DNA of 63,956 nt, the filler included, from Octopus bimaculoides (lineage: Eukaryota), in assembly GCF_001194135.2 (NCBI RefSeq). It is 7 parts of 6 records of this genome, joined end to end, with 100 filler letters (N's around TTAATTAATTAA, not from the genome) between each part and the next. Parts side by side here need not be neighbours in the genome. Positions count along the whole stretch, not along the records: positions 8,457 to 26,907 come from NC_068981.1; positions 27,008 to 55,509 come from NC_068998.1; 5 more parts are not named here. The stretch is one strand, 5' to 3'. Numbering within the stretch: position 1 is the stretch's first letter; each line of letters begins with the position of its first letter. The notes under the pieces were generated by a model, which was given only the letters and a program-made list of their open reading frames with translations, made no database searches and was not told the DNA's origin. The position numbers were made by a program, and so were the translations under genes. Of the stretch, positions 23,936-35,901 are shown piece after piece.

Positions 23936-25216
23936 GTTATATATAGTCTTTGTTGTCGATGATGAGTAGTTATTGTTAGTGTTTCTGGTGTTTGCTTTGT
24001 TTTATCATATTACTGCTACTCCTCGTCATTTTCTCTTTTGTTTTTGTTTTTTTTCGATTTCTCGTGTTATCATTGTTGCTCTTTTCTTTTTTTTTCTTCC
24101 CTTCTTGTTCTTCTTCATTTTCTTCTTTTTCTTATCTCGTAGATTTTTTTTTGATTTTTTTAATCTCTAATGACTTTGTCTGTTCGTTTATTGTTAACTG
24201 TCACACAGTTTGTGTAACTGTCATCCACAAGATATCTCACATTTCCGTACAGCAACGGGAAACGGAGGGTTCTTGTTTCTATTGCTAATGTTATTACTGT
24301 CGCTGCCACTGCTGCTGCCATTGCTGCTACTGTCGTCATGGTCGTCGACATCTTCATCATTATCATCGTCGTCGTCTTCGTCCTTATTTATTGTTGACCG
24401 ACCCAAGAAATGAAAATCCAGCTTCATGTAGGGTAACCTTTTGAAACCTATGCATCTGTATAACTATTTGTGTGCTATTTTTGCGTGTGCTTGTATATTT
24501 GAACTTATATGCATATGTCTTTGCTTTCCTGTGTGTGTGTCTCTCTGTCTGTGTGTGTGTATATGTGAAAAAGTAAAGAGCATATAATAGAATATACTTC
24601 TGGAATAGTTTTGTAGATTTTCTTTAGCTTCTCTTTTTGAAAGAGTACAAAATTTGTGATATTGATTTGTGTGTAACTGATGTCAAAACTGTAAATCTGA
24701 TATAATTCTTCTCGATGCCATCGCCGGATGCTGCTTTGGCTGTTCGTGAGGTATTTCCCATTTAGTCCACTCCATGTAGAGTTACTGTAGTCACATTCTA
24801 GATCATTCTGTTGTCAAGCAATCACAAAAACCATATTTTCCGTATCACAATAGCTAATTTTTATGTTGCTTTAATCAAAGAGCTAATGGTTTTGTATTTG
24901 ATAGGTAAGGGGTGGGTTTTTTTTTTTTTTTGCTATTATTAATGTTAGAAAATTGCTGGCTATGTTTGATGATACGTTAATGAACCAGTACAATTTTCAT
25001 TTTTTCTTTTTTCGGTTTCAATTATTCAGATAAAGAAACAAAACAAATTCTGTTCAGTTATCGCTGTATATCTGGAGCTTCAACAAAGCAGTCGGTAGGC
25101 CCATTCGTGTTTATCCGGCATCATTCTGTGTTAACAAATCGAGAAGAGAAGATTTCCATGTATCTTTGTCTTTCGTTCTTTTGTTGTTATTCCTTCTATG
25201 TTCCATTTTGAATTCT

Positions 25217-25396
25217 GTGGCTATGTGGTAAGAAGCTTGCGTCCAACCACATACTTCCAGATTCAGTCGCAATCAGTGGCTCCTTGTACGAATGTCTCCT
25301 ACTATAGACCCGGGTCGAATAAAGCCTTATGAGTAGATTTTGTAAACGGAAAGTAAAAAAAGCCCGTCATGTGTGTGCGTCCGTGTGCGTGTGCGT
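25217..25396 (+). mobile_element. SINE family A 5' half (degenerate)
   Basis: GTGGCTATGTGGTAAGAAGCTTGC...ACTATAG...AAACGGAAA. Confidence 0.75.
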
Positions 25397-25626
25397 NNNN
25401 NNNNNNNNNNNNNNNNNNNNNNNNNNNNNNNNNNNNNNNNNNNNNNNNNNNNNNNNNNNNNNNNNNNNNNNNNNNNNNNNNNNNNNNNNNNNNNNNNNNN
25501 NNNNNNNNNNNNNNNNNNNNNNNNNNNNNNNNNNNNNNNNNNNNNNNNNNNNNNNNNNNNNNNNNNNNNNNNNNNNNNNNNNNNNNNNNNNNNNNNNNNN
25601 NNNNNNNNNNNNNNNNNNNNNNNNNN

Positions 25627-25658
<32 letters not shown>

Positions 25659-25661
<3 letters not shown>

Positions 25662-25940
25662 TGAATTTTCATTCGTTCGGGAGTTCGACGGTTGTCTTGA
25701 ATGAGGTTGGTCTTCAAGCGACAAGTGACTATTCCTAAAGTGTGGAAACCACTCGTAAACTTGTGTTTTGCTCACGGCAGCGTCCTTGTAAACAGTTTGA
25801 AGCATGACAACTGTTTCGGCCGCCGTTTTCCTCAGCAGAAAACAGAATTTCCCTGAAGCACACTGTTCCTTTGTTTCAGTCATCGCAAAAATCGACGAAC
25901 AAGGAAAAGTACTGCAAAACAAAAACGCACCATGTAGCAG
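25659..25940 (-). mobile_element. Mariner transposase N-terminal remnant
   Basis: MTETKEQCASGKFCFLLRKTAAETVVMLQTVYKDAAVSKTQVYEWF...LEDQPHSRQPSNSRTNEN matches the mariner HTH pattern; ATG at 25883. Confidence 0.85.
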
Positions 25941-26362
25941 NNNNNNNNNNNNNNNNNNNNNNNNNNNNNNNNNNNNNNNNNNNNNNNNNNNNNNNNNNNN
26001 NNNNNNNNNNNNNNNNNNNNNNNNNNNNNNNNNNNNNNNNNNNNNNNNNNNNNNNNNNNNNNNNNNNNNNNNNNNNNNNNNNNNNNNNNNNNNNNNNNNN
26101 NNNNNNNNNNNNNNNNNNNNNNNNNNNNNNNNNNNNNNNNNNNNNNNNNNNNNNNNNNNNNNNNNNNNNNNNNNNNNNNNNNNNNNNNNNNNNNNNNNNN
26201 NNNNNNNNNNNNNNNNNNNNNNNNNNNNNNNNNNNNNNNNNNNNNNNNNNNNNNNNNNNNNNNNNNNNNNNNNNNNNNNNNNNNNNNNNNNNNNNNNNNN
26301 NNNNNNNNNNNNNNNNNNNNNNNNNNNNNNNNNNNNNNNNNNNNNNNNNNNNNNNNNNNNNN

Positions 26363-26412
<50 letters not shown>

Positions 26413-26431
26413 ATATATATATGTGTGTACT

Positions 26432-26508
26432 GTGGCCGATTCGTTCGACTAAAATTCTCCAAGGCGGTGCCCAAGCATGGCCACAGTCTAATGACTATAA
26501 CAAGTAAA
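26432..26508 (+). mobile_element. SINE family A 3' end
   Basis: CGATTCGTTCGACTAAAA...AAGGCGGTGCCCAAGCATGGCCACAGTCTAATGACT. Confidence 0.75.
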
Positions 26509-26851
26509 GCACGGCCCAGCGCCAGTGATAGTCTTAATCTTAACTATCGATGTTCTCTATGTATATCCCACTCTATAAATATGTCTGCCTTTGTAATATT
26601 TCTTTACGGATAGAGTTCCACAGGTCACTTCCTTTCTTGTATTTTTGTCTCCATTCATCTATATTTTCGTCACAGTACTCTTCAATTCATCTTTTCAGTT
26701 GTCTCGCTTTCTTATATTAAATCCATTAATGTACCTCGTAATCTCATTATTTTTATGAATACCTATCCACATCAATTTGTGTGTTTGTTTGACTACCTAT
26801 CTATCAATCTCTCTCTCTCTCTCTTTCTTTCTCTCTTCCTTTCTCTATCTG

Positions 26852-26907
<56 letters not shown>

Positions 26908-27007
26908 NNNNNNNNNNNNNNNNNNNNNNNNNNNNNNNNNNNNNNNNNNNNTTAATTAATTAANNNNNNNNNNNNNNNNNNNNNNNNNNNNNNNNNNNNN
27001 NNNNNNN

Positions 27008-27056
<49 letters not shown>

Positions 27057-27058
27057 GG

Positions 27059-27116
<58 letters not shown>

Positions 27117-27419
27117 TAACGATCTACCTATCTTTCTTTCTCTGTCCAAATACCCCTAGATACCATTATTTTCTCGTTCATAGTTTTTTAGCTCAATTTC
27201 TAGAATTTTATCTTTATTTATTTATTTTTTTTTTCTCTGAAAAAGAACAAACATCCGAAACGATAATTTGTTAAACATCTCCTTTTTCTCTCATCATAAA
27301 ACATATTCCAATGCTCGAATTATTTGCATTATATTGCAACATTTTACCAACGCAGAACATCACTAGTTTCCTCTGGTTTTTCTCTCAAAACTTAACTATA
27401 TTTCCATCTGAATCTGGCT

Positions 27420-28060
27420 GACCCTTTTTTCCTATGCTCTGACTATTCCTTCTCTCTCTCATCTCCTTCTTAAAACATTTATTTTTATTGTTTTCATTCT
27501 TTCTTTTATATCTATATTCCCCCTCCCCTTCTTCCACCAATCCTCAATTCTACTTCACCTTTATATGCTTCATTCTCCTCTCCTTTTCTTTGCCTAGTAT
27601 TATATTTTCCTCCTTCCCTCCTATCACCTATCTTTTTTTTATTTCCTCGTCCTACCCCTCCTTTTAATTTCCGCCTCTACCTCCTTTACTCACCCCACTA
27701 CCCGTCTTTTTCTTCTGCCTCCTCTACCACATTTGCTCTATCTACACCACCCCCACTTCCTTCAGCCTCATTTCTCCTTCATTATCATTTTCTCGCCCTG
27801 CTCCTCCCCGTCTTCGTACTAACTAACTCTTTTATTCTATGTCCTTCCAAATCATTTTTCTCTTCCTATTCCTCGTCCACTACAATCTAACACCTTTTAT
27901 CCTTCATTTTCTTTTCCCATTCACACCGTTTTTCTTCATTCTTCTCTCCCTAACCACATATCTCTTTCTAGCCCTCACTCATTTTCCAACTCATTCTTTC
28001 TTATCTATTGCTTTCTTCACCTCTTTTCGCCTCGATTCAGCATTATCCCTTCTATTCATG
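27420..28060. repeat. Pyrimidine-rich low-complexity tract
   Basis: Direct reading (C/T-rich plus strand). Confidence 0.8.
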
Positions 28061-28330
28061 TAACACTTTATTAGAATTTACTATTTCTCTCACCACTAAT
28101 ATTACAACTCCATTAGTAATTTTCCACATACAGCGTCCCCGTTCGCCTTCTCACATTTACTCCGGTTACTTCTTACTTAACTGCACTGCAGTGTTTCATA
28201 CAATCCATACCTCCCACTTTCGTGCTTGATCACCATTATACACAGCCATTTCTACTCCCTCTTTCTCGTCGTTCCAATTTCACCGTCGCAGAAACTTCAC
28301 AACTGAAGACGACAATATTTCATTTGACTG

Positions 28331-28721
28331 ACTCTCTTTTACTCTTTTACTTGTTTCAGTCATTTGACAGTGGCCATGCTGGAGCACCGCCTTTAGTCGA
28401 GCAAATCGACCCCAGGACTTATTTTCTTTTGCCGAACCGCTAAGTTACGGGGACGTAAAAACACACCAGCATCGGTTGTCAAGTAATGTTGTGGGGACAA
28501 ACACAGACACACAAACATATACACACACATACATATATATATATATATACATATATACGACAGGCTTCTTTCAGTTTCCGTCTACCAAATCCACTCACAA
28601 GGCTTTGGTCGGCCCGAGGCTATAGTAGAAGACACTTGCCCAAGGTGCCACGCAGTGGGACTGAATCCGGAACCATGCGGTTCGTAAGCAAGCTACTTAC
28701 CACACAGCCACTCCTACGCCT
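28331..28721 (-). mobile_element. Full-length SINE family A
   Basis: Reverse complement of the 47381-47797 architecture: head, CCTTGGGCAAGTG core, internal (TA/CA)n, tail. Confidence 0.92.
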
Positions 28722-28775
28722 GACTTCGGAGGTTATCTATTGACTGGAATTAGGAAAGCCTATATATAGTACACA

Positions 28776-28822
<47 letters not shown>

Positions 28823-28879
28823 CGATATAGATATAGATACATGTGCGTGTGTGTGTGTGAAAAGATAAAGCTCCTTCCT

Positions 28880-29112
28880 GTGTCACATAGACTCATAGGG
28901 CCAGTTTCCCGGTGTCCATGGTGTATATATTCCCCACCTGGATGGACACTGGTCCTGGGCTGTTGCAGAATTGCTTAGTTTTGCCAGCTGAGTCGTTGGA
29001 GCAACGCGAAATGAAGTGTTTTGCTTCAGAACACAACGCATCGCACGGTCCAGTAATCGAAGCCACAATCTTACCATCCTGAGCCCAACAACCTAACCAC
29101 TAAGCCACGCTC
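28880..29112 (-). mobile_element. SINE family C with an alternative tail
   Basis: GGAGCAACGCGAAATGAAGTGTTTTGC core; head AACCACTAAGCCAC; tail differs from the 4718/51988 copies. Confidence 0.75.
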
Positions 29113-29385
29113 CCCCACATACACACACACACATATGCATATACGTATGTATGTGCGTGTGTTGCGTGTGCGTATTATCAAACAGAGCTCGCAGTAAACT
29201 CCTCGCCTTGTGCGTGGCAGTCGAAATACTGTGGAAAGTGTGTATAAAGAGAATAAGAGAATAAGAGATTAAGAGATTAAGAGATGTGAAGTGAGAGGAT
29301 AGTGATTTATTCCTTCTGATGAGAGATGTTTCGTAATCAGTGTTAGTTAAATAAGCGATGCTGCATCATCCGTCACACATACATC

Positions 29386-29430
<45 letters not shown>

Positions 29431-29444
29431 TAAAGTTTATGAGC

Positions 29445-29845
29445 GATTACCGTGTATCGACTAAGGAAAATAGTTTAATATTGGAACATATAAACCCTCG
29501 ACCTAAAAAGTAGGATTTTCCGTACGCGTGGGACTCAAACCCACACCTCTATGTTTTCGCGACAAATATGCTACCATTACACCAAAGTACCGCCTCACTT
29601 CCTTCTGTCAGATTTAAGACTTATAATTTCATAGTGTTTTTATAAAAAAACATACATGTCCGTTTTCTGCAACGTTTGATAATGGGCACCGCTTACAATT
29701 CTGTAAATAATAATATTTTATAAGCTCAAAGCTTATAAGTGTTCACCGTGCATTGACTAAGAAAAATAGTCTAATATTGGGGCATATAAGTCCTCAGCGG
29801 AATAAGTTGGGTTTTCCGTATGTGTGGACTCGAACCCTCACGTAC
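29445..29845 (-). mobile_element. Two tandem copies of a tRNA-like-headed repeat (family F)
   Basis: ACCGTG.AT.GACTAAG.AAAATAGT.TAATATTGG..CATATAA at ~29449 and ~29726; minus strand of copy 1 has TGGTGTAATGG (box A-like) and GGTTTGAGTCC (box B-like). Confidence 0.65.
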
Positions 29846-30269
29846 CATTAAATCTATAACATATAATTGTGGTTACCATAACGAATAGACTACACTTCAG
29901 ATCAATTCATGGCAAGTTAAAAGACCAGCTTCTGCTATAAATAGTAAATAGTTCCATTTATATAGTCGCAGACTAAAAATGTATTCAACATATACCAATC
30001 ATTATACATGCAAGGATTACCATATAAGGACCGTGATCTGGAGCAGTAAATAAATACGGATTCAGAATAGAAACACAATGAAATAAAATAAATACATCAA
30101 AATAAAAAAAAATGTAAGATAAAATAACAGAAAGTAATTTCATCATAAAGATTTGCTTGTTATAGATTTAGCTGACCATCCTGTAGTATCCAAAGGAATA
30201 ACCCACATCATAAAAAAACCCCAGAAAATAACATAAATAAATAAATAAACAAATAGAGTACAATGTATA

Positions 30270-30365
30270 TTTTATCTTTCATCTGTTTCAGTGATTAGAC
30301 CATGGCCATGCTGGGGCATCGCATTGAAGAACTTTTTTAGTCGAATGAATCGAAGGAATATTTCT
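30270..30365 (-). mobile_element. SINE family A 3' fragment
   Basis: CTGTTTCAGTGATTAGACCATGGCCATGCTGGGGCATCGC. Confidence 0.7.
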
Positions 30366-30970
30366 TTTCAGCTTGGTGTTCTGCATGCATTCACATACAC
30401 AATTTTGATGTATTGAAATTATATTCGCATCAAGAACGAACACTTCTAACGCAAAGGACGTCACCAGAACCGCAGGTATTTAGTTTCGACTCCAAGTCAG
30501 ACATGTGAGATTTTTTTTTTTATTCTTAAATATTCAAACGTTTATTTATGACGTTTGAATTTCAATTGCAGTTGAAGCGTTTATTTCAACTGCAAAGAAA
30601 CAGATGGCGAGTAAAGATAAGAAACAAAAAGAAAGAAAAAAAGTGACTTACATAATTGTAGTAAGGAACATTTATGACCTACAGTAATTTGCATAATTAA
30701 AACAAAACAAATGAGCTTAGAGAGATAATTGAAGGATGGGTAGATGCTATCTATTCGACAGCAACATGTGTGAGAGGAGGTACGAGTGCGAGCTTCGGTG
30801 CATACATAAATGTAAATACATGTGTGTGTGTGGTGTATGTGTGAGTCTATAATATATATATATATATGTAAGTATGCATATATGTATATGTAATTATGTA
30901 TGTTATGTGTATGTATGTTATGTGTATGTATGTACTTACGTATATATATATATATATGTATACATATATG

Positions 30971-31033
<63 letters not shown>

Positions 31034-31067
31034 TCATTTATGAATATATATATTATATATACATCTG

Positions 31068-31106
<39 letters not shown>

Positions 31107-31146
31107 GTGCGTATGTGCCTATACATGTGTGTGTGCTTATACATGT

Positions 31147-31186
<40 letters not shown>

Positions 31187-31383
31187 CAGGAAATGGGAAA
31201 TGTACAAAATTGACTAGACTTTCCTGAATTCCAGTAATCAATAACTTAATGCTTCAAAATCAGTTAATAAATATTTTTAACGACGGTGTTTTAGAAATTA
31301 AGATAATAATCCATAATAATTAACCTTATTTCAGAGTATTTACTGATTTGTTTCGGAAATTATGAGAAGCCAACTTATTTTAC

Positions 31384-31415
<32 letters not shown>

Positions 31416-31539
31416 GTCTGTGTTTTTTTGTGTATATCCGTATGTATGTATGTATGTATGTAGGTATGTACGTTTTCTTTCTCTCTCTCTCTCTTTCTCT
31501 GTTTCTCTTTTTCGTTCTCTCTCCATTTTTTTCCTCTCA

Positions 31540-31675
31540 AAGGTTTATGTCGAAGAGCGAAGGCTCGAAACGTCAAAGACTTTTCCATTCTTCCCGAGCG
31601 TCAATCTAATAATATACCTGCTTGTTGTTCCCCCACCTGTCTTCGTCTTCTGTGTTGTGTAAATTTGAACTATAT
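31540..31675 (+). repeat. Hammerhead-like short repeat (same family as 48890), core degenerate
   Basis: TGTCGAAGAGCGAAGGCTCGAAACGTCAAAGACTTTTCCATTCTTCCCGAGCGT nearly matches 48898-48951. Confidence 0.8.
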
Positions 31676-31715
31676 AAATAGATAGATAGACAGATAGAGA
31701 GACAGACAGATAGAC

Positions 31716-31750
<35 letters not shown>

Positions 31751-31764
31751 TAGACAGACAGACA

Positions 31765-32585
31765 GACTGCGGCCATACTGGAGACCGCCTTCAAGAATTT
31801 TTAGTTGAATGTATCGACCCCAGTACTTATTTTTTTCTTAACGCTTGGTAGTTATTCTATCGATCAGTTTTGCTGAACCACTAAGGTACGGGGACATAAA
31901 CACACCAACACCAGTTGTCAAGCGGAGGTTGGAGTACAAACACAAAACAAAAACACACATACANNNNNNNNNNNNNNNNNNNNNNNNNNNNNNNNNNNNN
32001 NNNNNNNNNNNNNNNNNNNNNNNNNNNNNNNNNNNNNNNNNNNNNNNNNNNNNNNNNNNNNNNNNNNNNNNNNNNNNNNNNNNNNNNNNNNNNNNNNNNN
32101 NNNNNNNNNNNNNNNNNNNNNNNNNNNNNNNNNNNNNNNNNNNNNNNNNNNNNNNNNNNNNNNNNNNNNNNNNNNNNNNNNNNNNNNNNNNNNNNNNNNN
32201 NNNNNNNNNNNNNNNNNNNNNNNNNNNNNNNNNNNNNNNNNNNNNNNNNNNNNNNNNNNNNNNNNNNNNNNNNNNNNNNNNNNNNNNNNNNNNNNNNNNN
32301 NNNNNNNNNNNNNNNNNNNNNNNNNNNNNNNNNNNNNNNNNNNNNNNNNNNNNNNNNNNNNNNNNNNNNNNNNNNNNNNNNNNNNNNNNNNNNNNNNNNN
32401 NNNNNNNNNNNNNNNNNNNNNNNNNNNNNNNNNNNNNNNNNNNNNNNNNNNNNNNNNNNNNNNNNNNNNNNNNNNNNNNNNNNNNNNNNNNNNNNNNNNN
32501 NNNNNNNNNNNNNNNNNNNNNNNNNNNNATATATATATATATACGACGTGCTTCTTCCAGTTTCCATCTCCCAAATCCACTCATG
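31765..32585 (-). mobile_element. SINE family A (tail 31765-31962, head part 32545-32585, split by gap)
   Basis: CTGCGGCCATACTGGAGACCGCC... and CTTCTTCCAGTTTCCATCTCCCAAATCCACTCA. Confidence 0.7.
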
Positions 32586-32689
32586 ATGGGGGCGTCGGTG
32601 ACTATATGGCAGCCCTTCCAAGCCTACCCAGTAAAGGGGGTGGCTTTCGTTGGACGTCGTGCAAAATGAAAACAAACGCGTCAGACTAC

Positions 32690-32800
32690 GAATGAACTCA
32701 GTAGATTTAACGGCCAACCAACAGGCAAACTCAGAATGTATAGACGGGCGGAATACCGCTAAGCATTATATGAAGCGTGCTCACGATTCTGCCTGCTTGC
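32690..32800 (-). mobile_element. SINE family B 5' fragment
   Basis: AACTCAGAATGTATAGACGGGCGGAATACCGCTAAGCATT...GATTCTGCC. Confidence 0.7.
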
Positions 32801-32867
32801 CGCAAACATACATACATACATACATACATACATACATACATACATACATACATACATACACACATAC

Positions 32868-34600
32868 TAAAAATGTTAACAATGCCAAAAAGGAACTCAG
32901 AACAATAACATTTTCAGCTGACATAAGAATGGAATTTGGCCAAAAGAAATGCTCCTATTCGGTTGGTAAACATAGCGAATCAGTCTTCCAGACCCAAAAT
33001 CTGTGCATCTCACTATCTCTCCTGTCCCACGCAGGTACCTAGCCCTTGATGAAAACATATTATACAATGGTATAGTGAATAAAGATACAATAATCTGAGA
33101 ATATTACGCCAGACTTAGAAAAGCATGGCAGTCGGAACTCTCTTCATGAAACAAGAAAATATCGCACAATTCGCTTGCAGTACCAGTGCTGATTCCAGCA
33201 TCTAGGTTACTTGACTGGTCTGTTGAGGAAATCCACTCTATAGATGCTAAAACCCACAAAATACTAGCATCAACTGGAAATCTTCAGAGAAATAGTGGAA
33301 GGAGGTAGAGTCTTGAAATTGGCGCAGGCAGCCTTCGAATGTCGTATAGTCCCTCTCAAGCAGCACTTTCTAAACAACAGCAAAAATAAATACATCAATC
33401 TAGTGCTGAAAATTGAAGAGAAAAATATCCTACGTGTCGATATCAAGCTCCTCAGAAAGCACTTTTTTCTTGATAACCTCCTATACGACCCCAAAACAGT
33501 TTGACTTACCTTTAAAAAGAACTGGATGTGAAATGCTCAACATAAAAAAAAACAACTATGCTTGGGTATGTTTTCCAAAGACTTGAAGAAAGTAATATTG
33601 GTTTCAAATTTTGGCACGAGGCCAGCAATTTCGGGGAGGAACAAGTCGATTACATCGACCCCAGTGTCCAACTGGTGCTTATTTTATCGACTTCGAAGGG
33701 ATGAAAGGCAAAGTCGACTTTGGCAGAACTTGAATTCAGAACGTGAAGATGGACGAAATGCCGCTGAGCATTTTACCCGGCGTGCTAAGGAATCTGCCGG
33801 CCCCGCCGCCCTAAAGAAGACAGTAGTATTGACATGAAGCGGAGCCTCTCTTAAAATCGTGGCCGCTACATCACATCACACTTCGAAAGCTATGCATTTA
33901 TAATCCTAGAACGGGAGATTGTTACGAAATACCGGTTCTCCAACATGCAACCGCAAATGTTATATTTCTGCGACAGATATCACACATGATTAGCAGTTGC
34001 CCAAAAATGTCATCAAGGCACTACCTCCCTCTGTGACCTGTCGTCATCGCAAAAACAACATACTATGCCATTCGGAAAGAAAGATTGTTCTGAAATAAAT
34101 ATAGAGAATACTTCTGTTATTGAATATATACACAGACATCAACACAAGGATTTTTGGTGGAACATTCCCATCAAAACATCTGTCAAGTGTAGACGTAACA
34201 GGGTGAAAAAATATGTACTGTCATAGAGGTTAGCTACCCTGCTGATGTGAATATTTCTTTGAAAATCAAAAAGCAAGAAAATAATTGGACAATTGCATCG
34301 AAAACTCCAGCTTCTACATCTAGATATAAATTCATACTATACCACTAATGACTGATGCACTTGGCTTTGAGAGTAAATGCCTAAAAGAGAACATGGATAA
34401 AGTGGGATTTTCGGGAAAAGAAATCAACCAAGTAACTCGCACATTACAAGCGCGATCTGTAAGTGAAACCGTAAAAATATGCTAAGCTTTTCTCAAGTTT
34501 AAAATGTGATATTGTTTTTATTATCTACATTCCAACGAAAGAGCTTTGTGTCTTTGTTAGACACCAGCTTTTTCTTCAAAGGAAGAATTTAAATAATTAA
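32868..34600 (+). mobile_element. R4/Dong-like (RLE) non-LTR retrotransposon, 5'-truncated pseudogene, interrupted by a SINE
   Basis: [14 protein letters not shown]; RYLALDEN...EYYARLRKAWQSELSS*NK...HNSLAVPVL...LDWSVEEIHSIDAKTHKIL; EGGRVL; C..KC...ITH.ISSCP (CCHC); DFWWNIPIKTSVKC; VIEVSYPADVN...ALGF...TVKIC*AFLKFKM* (RLE). Confidence 0.9.
33597..33811 (-). mobile_element. Full-length SINE family B inserted in the R4-like element
   Basis: GGTTTCAAATTTTGGCAC...GGATGAAAGGCAAAGTCGAC...GCCGCC. Confidence 0.9.
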
Positions 34601-34677
34601 AAACAAAAAAAAAGAACATACATACATATATACATATATACACACGTATAAACATGCATGCACGCATACGCATATAG

Positions 34678-35060
34678 TACTAGAGGTTAGCCGCCCTGTA
34701 GATGTGAACTGCTCTTCCAGCATCAGCATGAAAGACCACTGCTTTGAATCCCGTTGTTCCTCAACCTTGATTATAGATTTACTTTTTATATAAATAATAA
34801 TTGGTTCACTTGACGAATATGAGTGAATGTCTAAACGACAATCTGAAAAAGCTAGGACTTTCAACCTTAACGACAGGCCAACACGAACTTTAAGGATACA
34901 ATATATAAGTGGAACAGTAAAAGTATGCAAGAATTTCTTAAAGTTCGATATGTCGCAATTATCATTGTTACTCAAATTCCAATGATGCAGGCTTTCGCTT
35001 CTTTGCTTGAAAAAGTACCCAGTCTCTTTAGGAAGAATAAAATTAAAGAAATTTTAAAAA
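34678..35060 (+). mobile_element. Second, diverged R4/Dong-like 3' end (RLE C-terminus and 3' UTR)
   Basis: VLEVSRPVDVN...DYRFTF...IIGSLDE...CLNDNLKKLGLS...TLRIQYISGTVKVCKNFLKFDM parallels 34215-34510; similar 3'UTR. Confidence 0.75.
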
Positions 35061-35068
35061 GACATACA

Positions 35069-35230
35069 GATGCAGGTGTGGCTGTGTAGTTAAGACACTT
35101 GATTCCTAACCATGTGGTCTTGGGTTCAGTCCTACTCTGCAGCATCTTGGGCAAGTGTTTTCCACTATTGTGCCGGGACGATCAAAGCCTTGTGAGTGGA
35201 TTTGGTAGACGGAAACTGAAAGAAGCTGGT

Positions 35231-35276
<46 letters not shown>

Positions 35277-35465
35277 TTTGTGTTTGTCGTCCACAACTGC
35301 TTGACAACCGGTGTTTGCTTACGTCCCTGTAACTCCCCAGTTTGGCAAAGGGACCGATATAATAAATAGTAGGCTTTGCAAAAATAAGTACTGGGGTCGA
35401 TTCGTTTGACTAGAACCCTTCAATGGCTGCAATCAAATGACTGAAACAAGTAAAAGTTGAAAGGT
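35069..35465 (+). mobile_element. Near-full SINE family A
   Basis: GCAGGTGTGGCTGTGTAGTTAAG...GGTTCAGTCC...TTGGGCAAGTG...(TG)n...ATGACTGAAACAAGTAAAAG. Confidence 0.88.
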
Positions 35466-35901
35466 AAAAGATACTTATAGATAGAATCAAAAGCGCAGAC
35501 GACAGACGTGCACACACGCATATACATAGACAGACAAACAGGCAGGCAGGCAGATAGGCAGATAGACTGACTGACTGACAGACAGAAAGCATTGTCAGGT
35601 GAAGTTTCTATTTTCAATTAATTGTAACTAACTTCAAGAGAATAGACAGGTGGACAGAGAAGCTGTCAAGCAGACTGAACGAAAGCTTGTTGGTCAGACA
35701 GACAGATTGCTTGGCTGAATGATGGCGACATATAGAGATGCGGCAGGATAGTTTTGTATACGTAACACAACAAACTGAAAGACTTCGATTAATAGAAGAG
35801 TAACCACGCAATTAGTACACAAAAAATCCCTCTGGGTGGGGATCTTTAAAGTTCCAAAATAAACAAAAGCAAGAGAGGAAAATGCAATAAGGTCATTTAC
35901 T

